Part shown: positions 37,474-46,494 of the stretch, in pieces
Position numbering within the stretch: position 1 is the first letter of the stretch
How the letters are laid out: every line of letters starts with the position of its first letter
Sequence record: OR644643.1
Strand: one strand, 5' to 3'
DNA from: Klebsiella phage NU-KP11
DNA: 64,000 nt
Made by a program: the position numbers and the translations under genes
Notes under the pieces: generated by a model
What the model was told of the DNA's origin: nothing
The model's input: only the letters and a program-made list of their open reading frames with translations
The model's database searches: none

Positions 37474-37764
37474 TTATGCGATTTCGTAGCACTTCATGAC
37501 TTCTTCGAATACCAACGGCATTTCCAGATCCCATGAATCCGCAACTGGGTCATATGTTGCTTGATCTACCAGGGAAACCGGAATTGCAGAAACCCAACCA
37601 GAACCACCCTGAACATCAACGCGCTTGACCGTCATCAACGATAAATTGTTATAGAATTCTTCACTGAATTTTTCGCCACCATTACCAAGACTCTCTAACA
37701 TTTCACGGTTAACGAGTTTGATGTTTTTACCTTCCAAATCTTTGTTGATATCGATGAAGTTCAT
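37474..37764 (-). CDS. hypothetical acidic protein (96 aa)
   Basis: ORF track. Confidence 0.5.
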   Translation of the reverse strand: MNFIDINKDLEGKNIKLVNREMLESLGNGGEKFSEEFYNNLSLMTVKRVDVQGGSGWVSAIPVSLVDQATYDPVADSWDLEMPLVFEEVMKCYEIA

Positions 37765-37777
37765 GTGATGTTCCTTT

Positions 37778-37805
37778 TGTTGGGGTTAAAAGCCCCCGAA
37801 GGGGC
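37778..37805 (-). terminator. terminator GCCCCTTCGGGGGC + T-run (minus strand)
   Basis: hairpin + TTTTAA. Confidence 0.55.
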
Positions 37806-37811
37806 AACTTT

Positions 37812-38075
37812 TTAGTAAGATCTGATTCTTAACTTAGTGATAGTTACCAGGTTTTTAGCGTGGGCTTTACATGCCGCTGGGAGACTGCTTTTCTCCGCGC
37901 TATGCTGGCGCATCAACCAGTTAAACATCCCTTCCAGACTACGGTTACTGTAGTGAACTACGTTTTCAACAACCAGTACGATATCACCGTCACTGTCCAT
38001 CAACAGGATCATGCGTCCACCCATTGCATTAGAAATAATCTGGTCATCGTGGAAATCTTTGATTGTTCTAGCCAT
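37812..38075 (-). CDS. hypothetical protein (87 aa; MARTIKDF...)
   Basis: trimmed to ATG following minus-strand early promoter/leader. Confidence 0.5.
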   Translation of the reverse strand: MARTIKDFHDDQIISNAMGGRMILLMDSDGDIVLVVENVVHYSNRSLEGMFNWLMRQHSAEKSSLPAACKAHAKNLVTITKLRIRSY

Positions 38076-38088
38076 TTTCGTAGTTCCT

Positions 38089-38140
38089 TTTGTCTGTTTC
38101 GTTTCGATGAACACACTATACCAAACAAGAACAAGATAAT
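38089..38140 (-). promoter_or_regulatory. Early-class promoter on minus strand (TATAGTGTGTTCATCGAAACGAAACAG)
   Basis: reverse complement of + 38092-38128 matches module. Confidence 0.55.
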
Positions 38141-38318
38141 TTTAGCAAAAAGTGCTATTAATGGAGAATTTCAGCAGTCATCACGATCCATATAGAAAGA
38201 GGAAACCCGTGAATGAATACCCACAACCCAAAATCATCACGTTTATTGTAAATCAAAGCAGTTATGAATATCGAAGCCGCCCAAAGAGCAGTAAACAGAA
38301 GATAATCACTGAGTGTGA

Positions 38319-38510
38319 TCATTTCTTCACCTCAAACAAAATACCGTCTTTTGTTGCCAGATCGATTTCGGTTTCCAACACTGCCGCAAGTGTCCACTCA
38401 TCGGAACCAGGTAAGCGCCTTTCCACTTGTCCGTTATCCAGCTTCCGCCACTGTGCGCCATTAACGCGAGATTCATAAGAAACGTTAACTTTCATAATCA
38501 GCCCATCCAT
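38319..38510 (-). CDS. hypothetical protein (63 aa)
   Basis: ORF track. Confidence 0.4.
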   Translation of the reverse strand: MDGLIMKVNVSYESRVNGAQWRKLDNGQVERRLPGSDEWTLAAVLETEIDLATKDGILFEVKK

Positions 38511-38701
38511 TTACGGTATTTGATTGATTGGTTCATTGCAGAGATAATGCCAGATTCTTGCATGTTAGAAGCGCAATAGACTTCGGCAACCTGGATTTCG
38601 CGGTCATAGAGGTAAACACTACCACGAAAAGTTTTCAAGTGAGCGAATCCGCAATCTTTAACCAGGTTAAGGAATTCTGCTTTCTTCATCATGTGAGCCA
38701 T
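38498..38701 (-). CDS. hypothetical protein (67 aa; MAHMMKKAEF...)
   Basis: trimmed to ATG after minus-strand promoter/leader. Confidence 0.45.
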   Translation of the reverse strand: MAHMMKKAEFLNLVKDCGFAHLKTFRGSVYLYDREIQVAEVYCASNMQESGIISAMNQSIKYRKWMG

Positions 38702-38745
38702 TTTGTTTATCTCCGTGTTTCGTTTCAATGAACACACTATACAAA
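38702..38745 (-). promoter_or_regulatory. Early-class promoter on minus strand (TATAGTGTGTTCATTGAAACGAAACACGG)
   Basis: module. Confidence 0.55.
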
Positions 38746-38789
38746 AAAGCCCCCTGCATTGCAAGAGGCTTCTTTAACAAAAAGTGCTA

Positions 38790-39359
38790 TTAAACGGCTT
38801 CTGTTTTCACTTCTAAACCAAGTTTAGCAAGCGCTTCAACTGCCATGAAATGATTTTCAAACGGAACTTCAACAGAAATTCGAATTGTTGTCGGTGTTGG
38901 ATCAGTCAGATATTTTGTCATTTGACGATCTTTCTGGTTTTTGCAAAGGATATCCGCCAGCGCTTCTACCGCGTCAGAATTGAAATCGTATGCATAATCA
39001 AGTCGGGATTGCACATAACGCATGTTGCGTTGAACATAATCCGGATATTCTTCAACGATCGGGGTTGCAACAGCCGCTTCGCTCATGCATTCAAAGTTAG
39101 GTTTTCGGAAAATACCAACACACTTATCATCGGATTCGTTATATACGAAAATAAATGCGTTGCTGTTCATGATATGGACGCACTGATACACTGGATGTCG
39201 GTAAATCACTTTCAGTACTTTCTTCACAGAAGGTTTGATAATGTGATTGGTTTCGAAGCGGGAACCTTCGGTTACTGTCAGCAGAGATTTTACTTCGTCG
39301 ATATGTTTACCGGACAGGTTTGCCATAAGGGTTTTGTGTTTCTGATAACTACTAGTCAT
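38790..39359 (-). CDS. hypothetical protein (189 aa)
   Basis: trimmed to ATG after module leader. Confidence 0.5.
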   Translation of the reverse strand: MTSSYQKHKTLMANLSGKHIDEVKSLLTVTEGSRFETNHIIKPSVKKVLKVIYRHPVYQCVHIMNSNAFIFVYNESDDKCVGIFRKPNFECMSEAAVATPIVEEYPDYVQRNMRYVQSRLDYAYDFNSDAVEALADILCKNQKDRQMTKYLTDPTPTTIRISVEVPFENHFMAVEALAKLGLEVKTEAV

Positions 39360-39440
39360 AATATATTCTCTCAGTGATTTACGTTTCGATATGCAATATA
39401 ACAAAGCCCCCGACCGGAGTCAAGGGCTTTTTATTAAAAT
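39360..39440 (-). promoter_or_regulatory. Terminator/promoter module on minus strand (AAAGCCCTTGACTCCGGTCGGGGGCTTTGTTATATTGCATATCGAAACG); terminates ligase gene
   Basis: reverse complement matches + strand modules. Confidence 0.6.
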
Positions 39441-40963
39441 AGATCTGCAAAGACAACATGAATATCGTCGGGTTCGGTCTTATCGCGTCTTATCTTCTTG
39501 ATAATAGGAAGGAAGAAACTGTATTCCGGTTCCCCTTTCTTACGCGTTTTCGACTTCTGGAGGCCGTCAACTTCCATTTCTACAATGGCCCCAATGTATT
39601 CATCTTTATGCGCCATGATGTATTCGCGATCCAGTTCACCACGTTCATCTAATGGAATGTATACACGGGTAATACCATCATCATCGTAACGATAATCGGT
39701 ATCAGTTAACCCAGATCCGGTATTCGTTCGAGCCATTCCGGATAAATCTTCCACCACAAACCCGCCGACCTTATGGTCTTCTTTAGTGTGCGCGTAGATA
39801 TCAATGATCCGTAGTTCAATCGGGGTTTTGTTTTTCAGCTTAACCTGATCGGCTACTCGCGAATCTTTCCATTTGAAGTTTCTGTTTTTGAGAATAGAAC
39901 CTTCTTTACCGTCATTGCGGTAATTGTTATAGTCCTGCTTCGCTTCTGCAATGTTATTAACCAGCTTAGACTGAATCAAACGAACAGAAGGCAGAGAAAG
40001 ATCCAAGAGGATATCACGCAACAGGCTAAACCGCTCATCATAAGTCTGAACACTTTCAGCTTCGCCGTAATACACCTCATATGGAATAATATCCCAAACA
40101 ACATAAACAATGTTTCGCTGTTCTTCTTCGGTGATCGTCCCTTTCAGAGATTTGTTTACGATCCCATTCCCTTCTTCGCGTTTTGCTTCGGCCTGTTCTT
40201 CTTCTGGGGTCGATACTTTGCGAACTTCTTCCGCAAATAACGCAATGTCGTTATCATCATCGTCCATGAAAGCAGATAAAGAAAAAGGCATGTCTGTTTC
40301 AGGTTCAGGTAATGTTGGTACGGTTCCGGAAGGAACATAAATCAATTCTCCATCCAGAACTACATCATATCCCAGATAATCGCGAATCTTTTTCAGATCG
40401 ATATCAAGCTGAGTTAACCCTTCGTACTCGTTACCCGCTCTCGATACCTTACGGTTTAATGCTTCCAGCAAATCAGCCATGCAACGCGCACCATCGGCTT
40501 TAAGCTGCGAGTAAGCAGGGAAAATGATGCGACGTAAAGCCTTTTCACTAAACGGCGTAGCGAGGCATTGAGGCTGTTCAGGAATGAGTTTCTTCCATAC
40601 CCGGTTTGGTAAGGTTGTGCCAGCACCACATTCCAGATCGCGGTTAATGATACGGCGTAGCACTTCACGATCGTTAATGTTCACTGACGATACGATATCC
40701 AGCAAACGATCACGCGCTGCATTACCTGTATATTTCCGGCTTGCTAAATCTTCCAGTAATGCTTTGATTGCATCGGAAAGCGGTGTTGTGCCTGGTTTCC
40801 CTTCTACCAGAGGAAATTGACGCACATAAAACATAATCTGTTTTGTATACGTAATGCGGAAAACTTCTTTCAACAATTCATTATCGGCATTACGTTTTAA
40901 AATTGCTTCTTTCTCTTTAGTTTTCAGAGTAGACGCAAGTTCATTAAGGATTGACAAGATCAT
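39434..40963 (-). CDS. 30: ATP-dependent DNA ligase (T4 gp30-like)
   Basis: motif I KADGARC identical to T4 DNA ligase; 509 aa. Confidence 0.8.
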   Translation of the reverse strand: MILSILNELASTLKTKEKEAILKRNADNELLKEVFRITYTKQIMFYVRQFPLVEGKPGTTPLSDAIKALLEDLASRKYTGNAARDRLLDIVSSVNINDREVLRRIINRDLECGAGTTLPNRVWKKLIPEQPQCLATPFSEKALRRIIFPAYSQLKADGARCMADLLEALNRKVSRAGNEYEGLTQLDIDLKKIRDYLGYDVVLDGELIYVPSGTVPTLPEPETDMPFSLSAFMDDDDNDIALFAEEVRKVSTPEEEQAEAKREEGNGIVNKSLKGTITEEEQRNIVYVVWDIIPYEVYYGEAESVQTYDERFSLLRDILLDLSLPSVRLIQSKLVNNIAEAKQDYNNYRNDGKEGSILKNRNFKWKDSRVADQVKLKNKTPIELRIIDIYAHTKEDHKVGGFVVEDLSGMARTNTGSGLTDTDYRYDDDGITRVYIPLDERGELDREYIMAHKDEYIGAIVEMEVDGLQKSKTRKKGEPEYSFFLPIIKKIRRDKTEPDDIHVVFADLF

Positions 40964-41558
40964 TTAGTTTCTCTTCAATTTCAAACCATGATTTTACTAA
41001 CTGGTGAGGTGCATTTGTTTCTTCACGTTCACCACGTAACATATGGAATAACGGCAACTGACTAATGACGTTATGACATTCGTTTAAGTTTATCGCGAGA
41101 TCATCAACAAAGCAAACCAGACGATTACCATACTTTGCTTTCGCTTCCAGGTAACGATGAGTTTTTGTTTCACCGTGGCCCACGACCATCACCTCTTTAA
41201 ACGCAGACGGGAAAAGAGTATTCAGGTTAGCAATTCGGTTAAGGCTTGCCGTTGGTGTTGTTCCCAGAGCGGTAACGGCAACGAAATCATACTGCGTTTT
41301 CAGACGGTTGATCACAATCAATGCATCATCATACGCATTCAGATAACGAATGAAAGAACTGTTATTGTATTCTTCCATAAGGATTTTAGCCAACTGCTGA
41401 TCACATCCGAAGATTTCGGTCATATCACGAAATTTTTCATCTGTAACCATTTCTAATGCAATATCAGTAGGCATGTTGTGCTTAGACAAAAAGAACGGGA
41501 GGCCGCTTTGCCATTTTACGGCGATCCCGTCAATATCGGTAAGAATAACAGGTTTCAA
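40944..41558 (-). CDS. HAD-superfamily phosphatase (possible 5'-nucleotidase)
   Basis: motif I LTDIDGI. Confidence 0.45.
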   Translation of the reverse strand: MKPVILTDIDGIAVKWQSGLPFFLSKHNMPTDIALEMVTDEKFRDMTEIFGCDQQLAKILMEEYNNSSFIRYLNAYDDALIVINRLKTQYDFVAVTALGTTPTASLNRIANLNTLFPSAFKEVMVVGHGETKTHRYLEAKAKYGNRLVCFVDDLAINLNECHNVISQLPLFHMLRGEREETNAPHQLVKSWFEIEEKLNDLVNP

Positions 41559-41803
41559 GATATAACCTCATAACGATCAAAGAAAAGGGTACTTTTGAAT
41601 GCATTCAATTCACCCAGGAAATAATCACGCTCAAATGTCCGATAATATTCAAATTCGATGCACAACATATCATCATTTGTTACACCAATGCCAACGACAT
41701 CTTGATGATATTTCTTTGCCTGTTGAAGCACGAACGGATCGAGATCCGAACAATCGAAATAAACTACGTAACTCATATCAACCCTTATACATATAAACAG
41801 CAT
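41555..41803 (-). CDS. hypothetical protein (82 aa)
   Basis: ORF track. Confidence 0.45.
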   Translation of the reverse strand: MLFICIRVDMSYVVYFDCSDLDPFVLQQAKKYHQDVVGIGVTNDDMLCIEFEYYRTFERDYFLGELNAFKSTLFFDRYEVIS

Positions 41804-42041
41804 CTACCCCAGCATCAAAATCGACTTTATCAAAGACAACGCCGTTTGATGCACATTCCTTAACATAGGATTCAATAACAACCATGTTATTTGCGCCGAT
41901 GGTAACATAATACACACCTGCTTTATAGATAACACTCTGAATCAGCGTTGAACGTAGTGCATGTTGCGCATACAGTAACGCTAATGGATTAATCGCGCCT
42001 TTGAACAGGAACACGCATTCTACTCTTTCTTTTTCACTCAT
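41778..42041 (-). CDS. hypothetical protein (87 aa)
   Basis: ORF track. Confidence 0.45.
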   Translation of the reverse strand: MSEKERVECVFLFKGAINPLALLYAQHALRSTLIQSVIYKAGVYYVTIGANNMVVIESYVKECASNGVVFDKVDFDAGVDAVYMYKG

Positions 42042-42478
42042 AACAGATCTCTCAATCGGGTTAAGTTGCGTACAAACTCTCTTTCAGTCAGTACAGTTTC
42101 ATTTATTTTATTCTTTCCCATTGAATGTGTCAAGGTACTTTTTCCGGTTGCTGCCAGCGCACGGCGAAACCCTTCATTAAGGAATAACGCATTATATGCG
42201 TTTTCAATCAGGATTTGATACGCCTCAGAGGAACGATGAATAGGGATACCTTTCCAGTATAGGGTCTGGTTAGTCCACCATTTTTTCTTTTTGCCTTTGA
42301 ACTTTGCAGCCTTACCTACCAGAGTACATACATGGGCTTGCATATCGGGATTACTGAATTTAAGGCTTTGTAAAAAGCCCTCCATTGATGCACATTCTAC
42401 CCCGTCAAACGTGAATGGATGAGGGGCGAAGTTGCTCAACGCGCATGATGGGTATTGGCTACCCGAACCAATGTCCAT
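42038..42478 (-). CDS. NADAR-domain (YbiA-like) protein
   Basis: ALSNFAPHPFTFDGVECASMEGFLQSLKF matches NADAR signature (SNF..F..DG...S.E...Q..KF). Confidence 0.6.
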   Translation of the reverse strand: MDIGSGSQYPSCALSNFAPHPFTFDGVECASMEGFLQSLKFSNPDMQAHVCTLVGKAAKFKGKKKKWWTNQTLYWKGIPIHRSSEAYQILIENAYNALFLNEGFRRALAATGKSTLTHSMGKNKINETVLTEREFVRNLTRLRDLL

Positions 42479-42558
42479 AATGAACCCCCGCCGAAAAGAT
42501 TAAATCATACAAACCGCGACCGATGATAACACCAACAATAATTGATATCCACGTTTTC

Positions 42559-42711
42559 CAATTATCCACGATCTTCACCTTCTTTCTTCCCTTCCTGGCG
42601 AGCGCGTTTGCGTCCCGCTCGTACTAAAGAATCATAGTAAGGACGTTTGCGGTCGATGTTTTCTGTACGATACGCTTTACCAAAATGACTCGTTTTGAAT
42701 CCGTAGTATTT
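42559..42711 (-). CDS. small basic protein (50 aa, not in track)
   Basis: MKYYGFKTSHFGKAYRTENIDRKRPYY... Confidence 0.3.
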
Positions 42712-42780
42712 CATGATGCGGCCCAGTATCCCAACATAAAAGATACTATGACAAGAATCACGTTATTTGTTTCGATATCA

Positions 42781-42951
42781 ATCACACTTCCACCTCATGG
42801 GGGTTATTGTGCAAACCACGGGCCGGATCATAACGATCATAAGTTGTTTCGTACTCTGATTTAATGGATACATCACAGCGAGTGTTCCATTGTTCCAGAG
42901 CGCTTTTAATTTCTTTCACTGAGTCGGTGAAAAATTTTACAATACTCGCCA
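42781..42951 (-). CDS. hypothetical small protein (56 aa, not in track)
   Basis: SD GAAGGTGG before ATG. Confidence 0.35.
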
Positions 42952-43194
42952 TACACTACCACCTTCATAAAATGCATTTAGTTTATGTAACATTTCTACA
43001 CGGGCTGATTCTTTTGCGGGGCTGCAAGATAATGTCAGAACCAACCCAACAGGACAATCAAAAGCAGTATCAATCGTTACTCTTTCCAGACGTTGCCCGT
43101 GATCACGAATCATCTTCAAAAAGGTATCAGATAACTCGGTATTTTCATATTCCACTTTATATATGAATCGTGCCATAGTTAACCCCTTGCACAT
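42937..43194 (-). CDS. hypothetical protein (85 aa)
   Basis: ORF track. Confidence 0.5.
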   Translation of the reverse strand: MCKGLTMARFIYKVEYENTELSDTFLKMIRDHGQRLERVTIDTAFDCPVGLVLTLSCSPAKESARVEMLHKLNAFYEGGSVWRVL

Positions 43195-43472
43195 GAAAGA
43201 TAAGAACGCTTCTTGAACACTTTAACTTCGTGGCCCCTACCGCTTGCAGCAGTGTTAAGAGTTTCGGCGTGACGCGCACCAAGTACCAGAGTTTTAACCG
43301 GAGTAACCGGAGCAGCGATAACGATAACAGCGGCCCAACGAGCACCAACAGCTTTATCAGTACCCATATCGATAGCAGCAGAAGTATTTTTACCAGCCGC
43401 CAGAACGTAAGCACGTGCTTCACGACGAGTTTTGAAGAAAACCAGTTCATTCATGTTGTAAGAGCGTTTCAT
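43179..43472 (-). CDS. hypothetical protein (97 aa)
   Basis: ORF track. Confidence 0.5.
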   Translation of the reverse strand: MKRSYNMNELVFFKTRREARAYVLAAGKNTSAAIDMGTDKAVGARWAAVIVIAAPVTPVKTLVLGARHAETLNTAASGRGHEVKVFKKRSYLSCARG

Positions 43473-43548
43473 AATGTCATCCTCATAAAAGTGTTTTCTT
43501 GTCTACGGGATTAACTATAATGAAATGTGCGAAGGGAGTCAACAACTT
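43473..43548 (-). promoter_or_regulatory. sigma70-like promoter (minus): -35 TTGACT, 17 nt, -10 TATAGT
   Basis: rc of 43520-43548. Confidence 0.5.
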
Positions 43549-43564
43549 TTTATGTAAAAAACGA

Positions 43565-43600
43565 AAAAAGCCGCTACCTTTCGGCAACGGCTTGATTTTT
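43565..43600. terminator. Bidirectional terminator AAGCCGCTACCTTTCGGCAACGGCTT with T-runs both sides
   Basis: hairpin + T-runs. Confidence 0.55.
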
Positions 43601-43868
43601 AATATTTTTCGTCAGGCTGAAACACCGCACGACACGCCCACATAGAGGCTTCTTTCAGTCGGTCTTTCGCTAGTTGAATTTGATGGATACGTTCAAGCAC
43701 CTCATCTAATTCTTCCTCTATCAGTGAATCAATATCTGAATTTGATAGTCGCTGTTCGATATCTTCCAGGATTGCACCTAATGCATTTTCAGCATCTTTG
43801 ATACGGTTTACTGTTTCTACTTTTTTATCAGTATGGGGTTTATAACCCGTAATATCAGAAATTGCCAT
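43599..43868 (-). CDS. hypothetical protein (89 aa)
   Basis: ORF track. Confidence 0.5.
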   Translation of the reverse strand: MAISDITGYKPHTDKKVETVNRIKDAENALGAILEDIEQRLSNSDIDSLIEEELDEVLERIHQIQLAKDRLKEASMWACRAVFQPDEKY

Positions 43869-44230
43869 TATAGACTCTCTGTAAAAGTACGGGCAATAAC
43901 ATCGCGTTGCTGTTCCGGCGTCAGGGAGTTAAAACGCACTGCATAACCAGATACACGGATCGTCAACTGCGGATATTTTTCAGGATGTTCAACCGCATCC
44001 AGGAGAGTTTCGCGGCGCAACACGTTAACGTTTAGATGTTGTCCACCTTCCACTTTAACAGTTGGCTGATATTCGATCTCGATCTCTCGCTTTGCAAACG
44101 GAGTAACGCGAGCTTTACCGATTACAGAATCCATAGTTAATGTTTTTGATACTACGATCCGAACGTCGTTACCTTCTTCCAGATAGATTGTGCCCGTATG
44201 CAAACCTTCTAAAATTTGAAATGCTTTCAT
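43868..44230 (-). CDS. grcA: autonomous glycyl-radical cofactor GrcA/YfiD homolog
   Basis: C-terminal ~60 aa nearly identical to recalled E. coli GrcA ([58 protein letters not shown]). Confidence 0.85.
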   Translation of the reverse strand: MKAFQILEGLHTGTIYLEEGNDVRIVVSKTLTMDSVIGKARVTPFAKREIEIEYQPTVKVEGGQHLNVNVLRRETLLDAVEHPEKYPQLTIRVSGYAVRFNSLTPEQQRDVIARTFTESL

Positions 44231-44240
44231 TGTATTACCT

Positions 44241-44813
44241 TTACTTGATTACATAATACCTGAATGGATTGAAATGAAACGCCAGCATTGCGCGATCCAG
44301 GTTAACAGGGTCGCTAACTTCTTGTTTCAGCTTCCATCCAGCATAAACGCGCAAACAGAATTGCACCTTGTGGATCCGTAGCCACGGTTTATAGACATAC
44401 AACCCCCATGCTGATTCATTCCACATGAGCAGATATCCATGATTTACGGGGTTTGGCCCACCTTCTGTTTTTGGGTTGCCTTTCCAGTTGAATTTGCTTG
44501 TCGCTTCACGTCCTAAAACGTGATATGCGAAGTTATAAGCCTTGTTTCTCCACAACCAGCCAACACGCTGCATGTATACCCCAAAATCCCCCAGATGATA
44601 GCGTATAGACGCCCAACGGCGGATATGTCCACCATCACCATCAATAGGGTTATCGAAGGTTTCCATCCACCGGAAGCCTTTAGGAAGATGCCCTGTTTTC
44701 TCGTTGTAGAACGGTACAACAAACGGGGCAAACAGAATTGCTAATACTCCAGTAATAATGTCAAGAGGGACGAGTACGATCCAACTTGCATACTTTAAAA
44801 AGCGCATAGACAC
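44241..44813 (-). CDS. membrane protein (190 aa)
   Basis: N-terminal TM segments. Confidence 0.5.
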   Translation of the reverse strand: MSMRFLKYASWIVLVPLDIITGVLAILFAPFVVPFYNEKTGHLPKGFRWMETFDNPIDGDGGHIRRWASIRYHLGDFGVYMQRVGWLWRNKAYNFAYHVLGREATSKFNWKGNPKTEGGPNPVNHGYLLMWNESAWGLYVYKPWLRIHKVQFCLRVYAGWKLKQEVSDPVNLDRAMLAFHFNPFRYYVIK

Positions 44814-44816
44814 CCC

Positions 44817-44845
44817 AAAAATAAGGCTATCCGAAGATAGCCATT
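44817..44845 (-). terminator. terminator GGCTATCTTCGGATAGCC + T-run (minus)
   Basis: hairpin + TTATTTTT. Confidence 0.55.
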
Positions 44846-44848
44846 TGA

Positions 44849-45271
44849 TTATTTGTTTGTGTTGATGTATACAAATGATTCATCAAATTCACTGCTAACC
44901 GCTTCATTTGTAAACGGAATTTCAGGATTTTTGAAACCACCACTGATAAGATACTGGATAAAGAATACCGAAGTATCAAGAGAAATCAATTGGTGATTGC
45001 TCGGAGATATATTTGTTCTACGAACGAGATTGACAATCTCCCAATCAAAGAATCGTTCGCTATACTCTTTCTTGCTATTTACTTGCGGCGATGCAAAGAA
45101 CCCTTGTTTGGAATATGCCTCAAGCGCTTTATGAAGTTCAGAATCAAAATCATCGAACTCTTTTACAAAAAGTTCCATCAATTTTTTATTGCGATTCGTT
45201 GGGTTGCTATTTTCTCCGATGATTTTTCTAATTGCCGGAGACATTTCAAACAGTTTTTGTAAATTTTTCAT
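44849..45271 (-). CDS. hypothetical protein (140 aa)
   Basis: ORF track. Confidence 0.5.
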   Translation of the reverse strand: MKNLQKLFEMSPAIRKIIGENSNPTNRNKKLMELFVKEFDDFDSELHKALEAYSKQGFFASPQVNSKKEYSERFFDWEIVNLVRRTNISPSNHQLISLDTSVFFIQYLISGGFKNPEIPFTNEAVSSEFDESFVYINTNK

Positions 45272-45280
45272 GATATCTCT

Positions 45281-45562
45281 TTAAATTTCGTATGCGGAAT
45301 CAATACAAGATTCGTAAAGCTGTTCTGGCGAATTCTCAATGAGAGGTGTTGTTTTACCGAAAATATCCTGATCGTAAGGATCGTCATCTACATAACATTC
45401 ACTGAATTTGAAGTTTTTTCGATAATCCCCATCGGGTAATCCATTTTTCCATTCATTAAATGTCATACCATAGCGTTCTTTGAATTTTGCAGGAGACATA
45501 TCAACAAAAATCTGCGTATGTTCGACCGCATTATGGTATTTCACAGTTTCACGAAATTTCAT
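45281..45562 (-). CDS. hypothetical protein (93 aa)
   Basis: ORF track. Confidence 0.5.
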   Translation of the reverse strand: MKFRETVKYHNAVEHTQIFVDMSPAKFKERYGMTFNEWKNGLPDGDYRKNFKFSECYVDDDPYDQDIFGKTTPLIENSPEQLYESCIDSAYEI

Positions 45563-45709
45563 ATAAACCTCATTAAATTAGTGGGCTGGAAGTTTCTTTA
45601 CTTCACCCCGCATTCCGGGGAACCTATTACCGGATACCAACAGAGCCTTTCCCGTGGATAAGGTTGCATATTCCGAACCATTTAACGGCATTGCGCTCGC
45701 ACCCAAATT

Positions 45710-45786
45710 TGGTGGCAAGGGTAGGATTTGCACCTACAACCAACAGAATCAGATTCTGTTCCTCCCGCTTCTCTAAGTGCCTTGCC
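45710..45786 (-). tRNA. tRNA-Gln (anticodon CUG), 77 nt with encoded CCA
   Basis: Manual cloverleaf: acceptor GGCAAGG/CCTTGCC, anticodon stem ACAGA/TCTGT loop ATCTGAT, T-arm GTAGG-TGCAAAT-CCTAC; C at position 8 atypical. Confidence 0.6.
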
Positions 45787-45791
45787 TTGTT

Positions 45792-45868
45792 TGGTGGCCC
45801 CTCCCGTGACTTGAACCGGGAACCTAACCATTATGAGTGATTAGCTCTACCTATTGAGCTAAGGGGCC
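45792..45868 (-). tRNA. tRNA-Met/Ile2 (anticodon CAU), 77 nt with encoded CCA
   Basis: Acceptor GGCCCCT/AGGGGCC, D-arm GCTC-AATAGGTA-GAGC, anticodon loop CTCATAA, T-loop TTCAAGT; T-stem needs a 1-nt A bulge. Confidence 0.6.
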
Positions 45869-45875
45869 GATATTT

Positions 45876-46127
45876 TTAGAACTGTTTGCGGTAGATTTCG
45901 CGAACAGCCGGATCAACAGCTTTGGCGTATTTGCATACATCCTCGAACTGTACGATGTATTCCATTACTTCCGAAGCACGGGAATTCAGTTTTCCCTGGT
46001 GAGCATCAATGATCATTGAAGTCATTACATCGATGCGGGTCGGTGCTTCGAGGATGTCGCCTTTGTCGAAAAGTTTTTTGGATTTTGCGACGGTATCGGC
46101 GATGATTGCTTGAATTTGTTTAGCCAT
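45876..46127 (-). CDS. hypothetical protein (83 aa)
   Basis: ORF track. Confidence 0.5.
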   Translation of the reverse strand: MAKQIQAIIADTVAKSKKLFDKGDILEAPTRIDVMTSMIIDAHQGKLNSRASEVMEYIVQFEDVCKYAKAVDPAVREIYRKQF

Positions 46128-46137
46128 GTTGGATCTC

Positions 46138-46491
46138 TTATTCGTAAATTGCTTGAATCGCTTTATAGTGTGCGGTTACATATTTAACCGGATACTTGCG
46201 AGCTTCTTCTTTTGTTGCCTTTCCTGCAATCAGTTCAGGATCCGGCACGTTTGCCATTTGTGCATGAGGAAGCGGTACACGCTTACCCATAAGCAGGGTT
46301 TTATATTCTTCCGGTACATCCGGCCCACATGATAACACTGTGCCGTAGATCGGTTCCTCGCCGTGTTGACGAACACCAGTCACAATACCAGAAGGTGATA
46401 CAATTTCAGTTCCAGCCGCTTTAGCGTTGGTTTCAATCAGAACATATTCAAAGGATGCTTTTACACTCAGTTCAGACATACATTTACTCAT
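46138..46491 (-). CDS. GroES-like co-chaperonin (T4 gp31 position)
   Basis: size, Gly-rich mobile-loop-like stretch, position between cd and tRNAs as in T4. Confidence 0.35.
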   Translation of the reverse strand: MSKCMSELSVKASFEYVLIETNAKAAGTEIVSPSGIVTGVRQHGEEPIYGTVLSCGPDVPEEYKTLLMGKRVPLPHAQMANVPDPELIAGKATKEEARKYPVKYVTAHYKAIQAIYE

Positions 46492-46494
46492 TGG

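Noticed and set aside
45792-45868. Possibility that the CAU tRNA is a pseudogene because the T-stem does not pair canonically
   Set aside because: A single bulged A restores a 5-bp T-stem with a perfect TTCAAGT loop. The acceptor, D and anticodon arms are canonical, so it is kept as a tRNA at reduced confidence.
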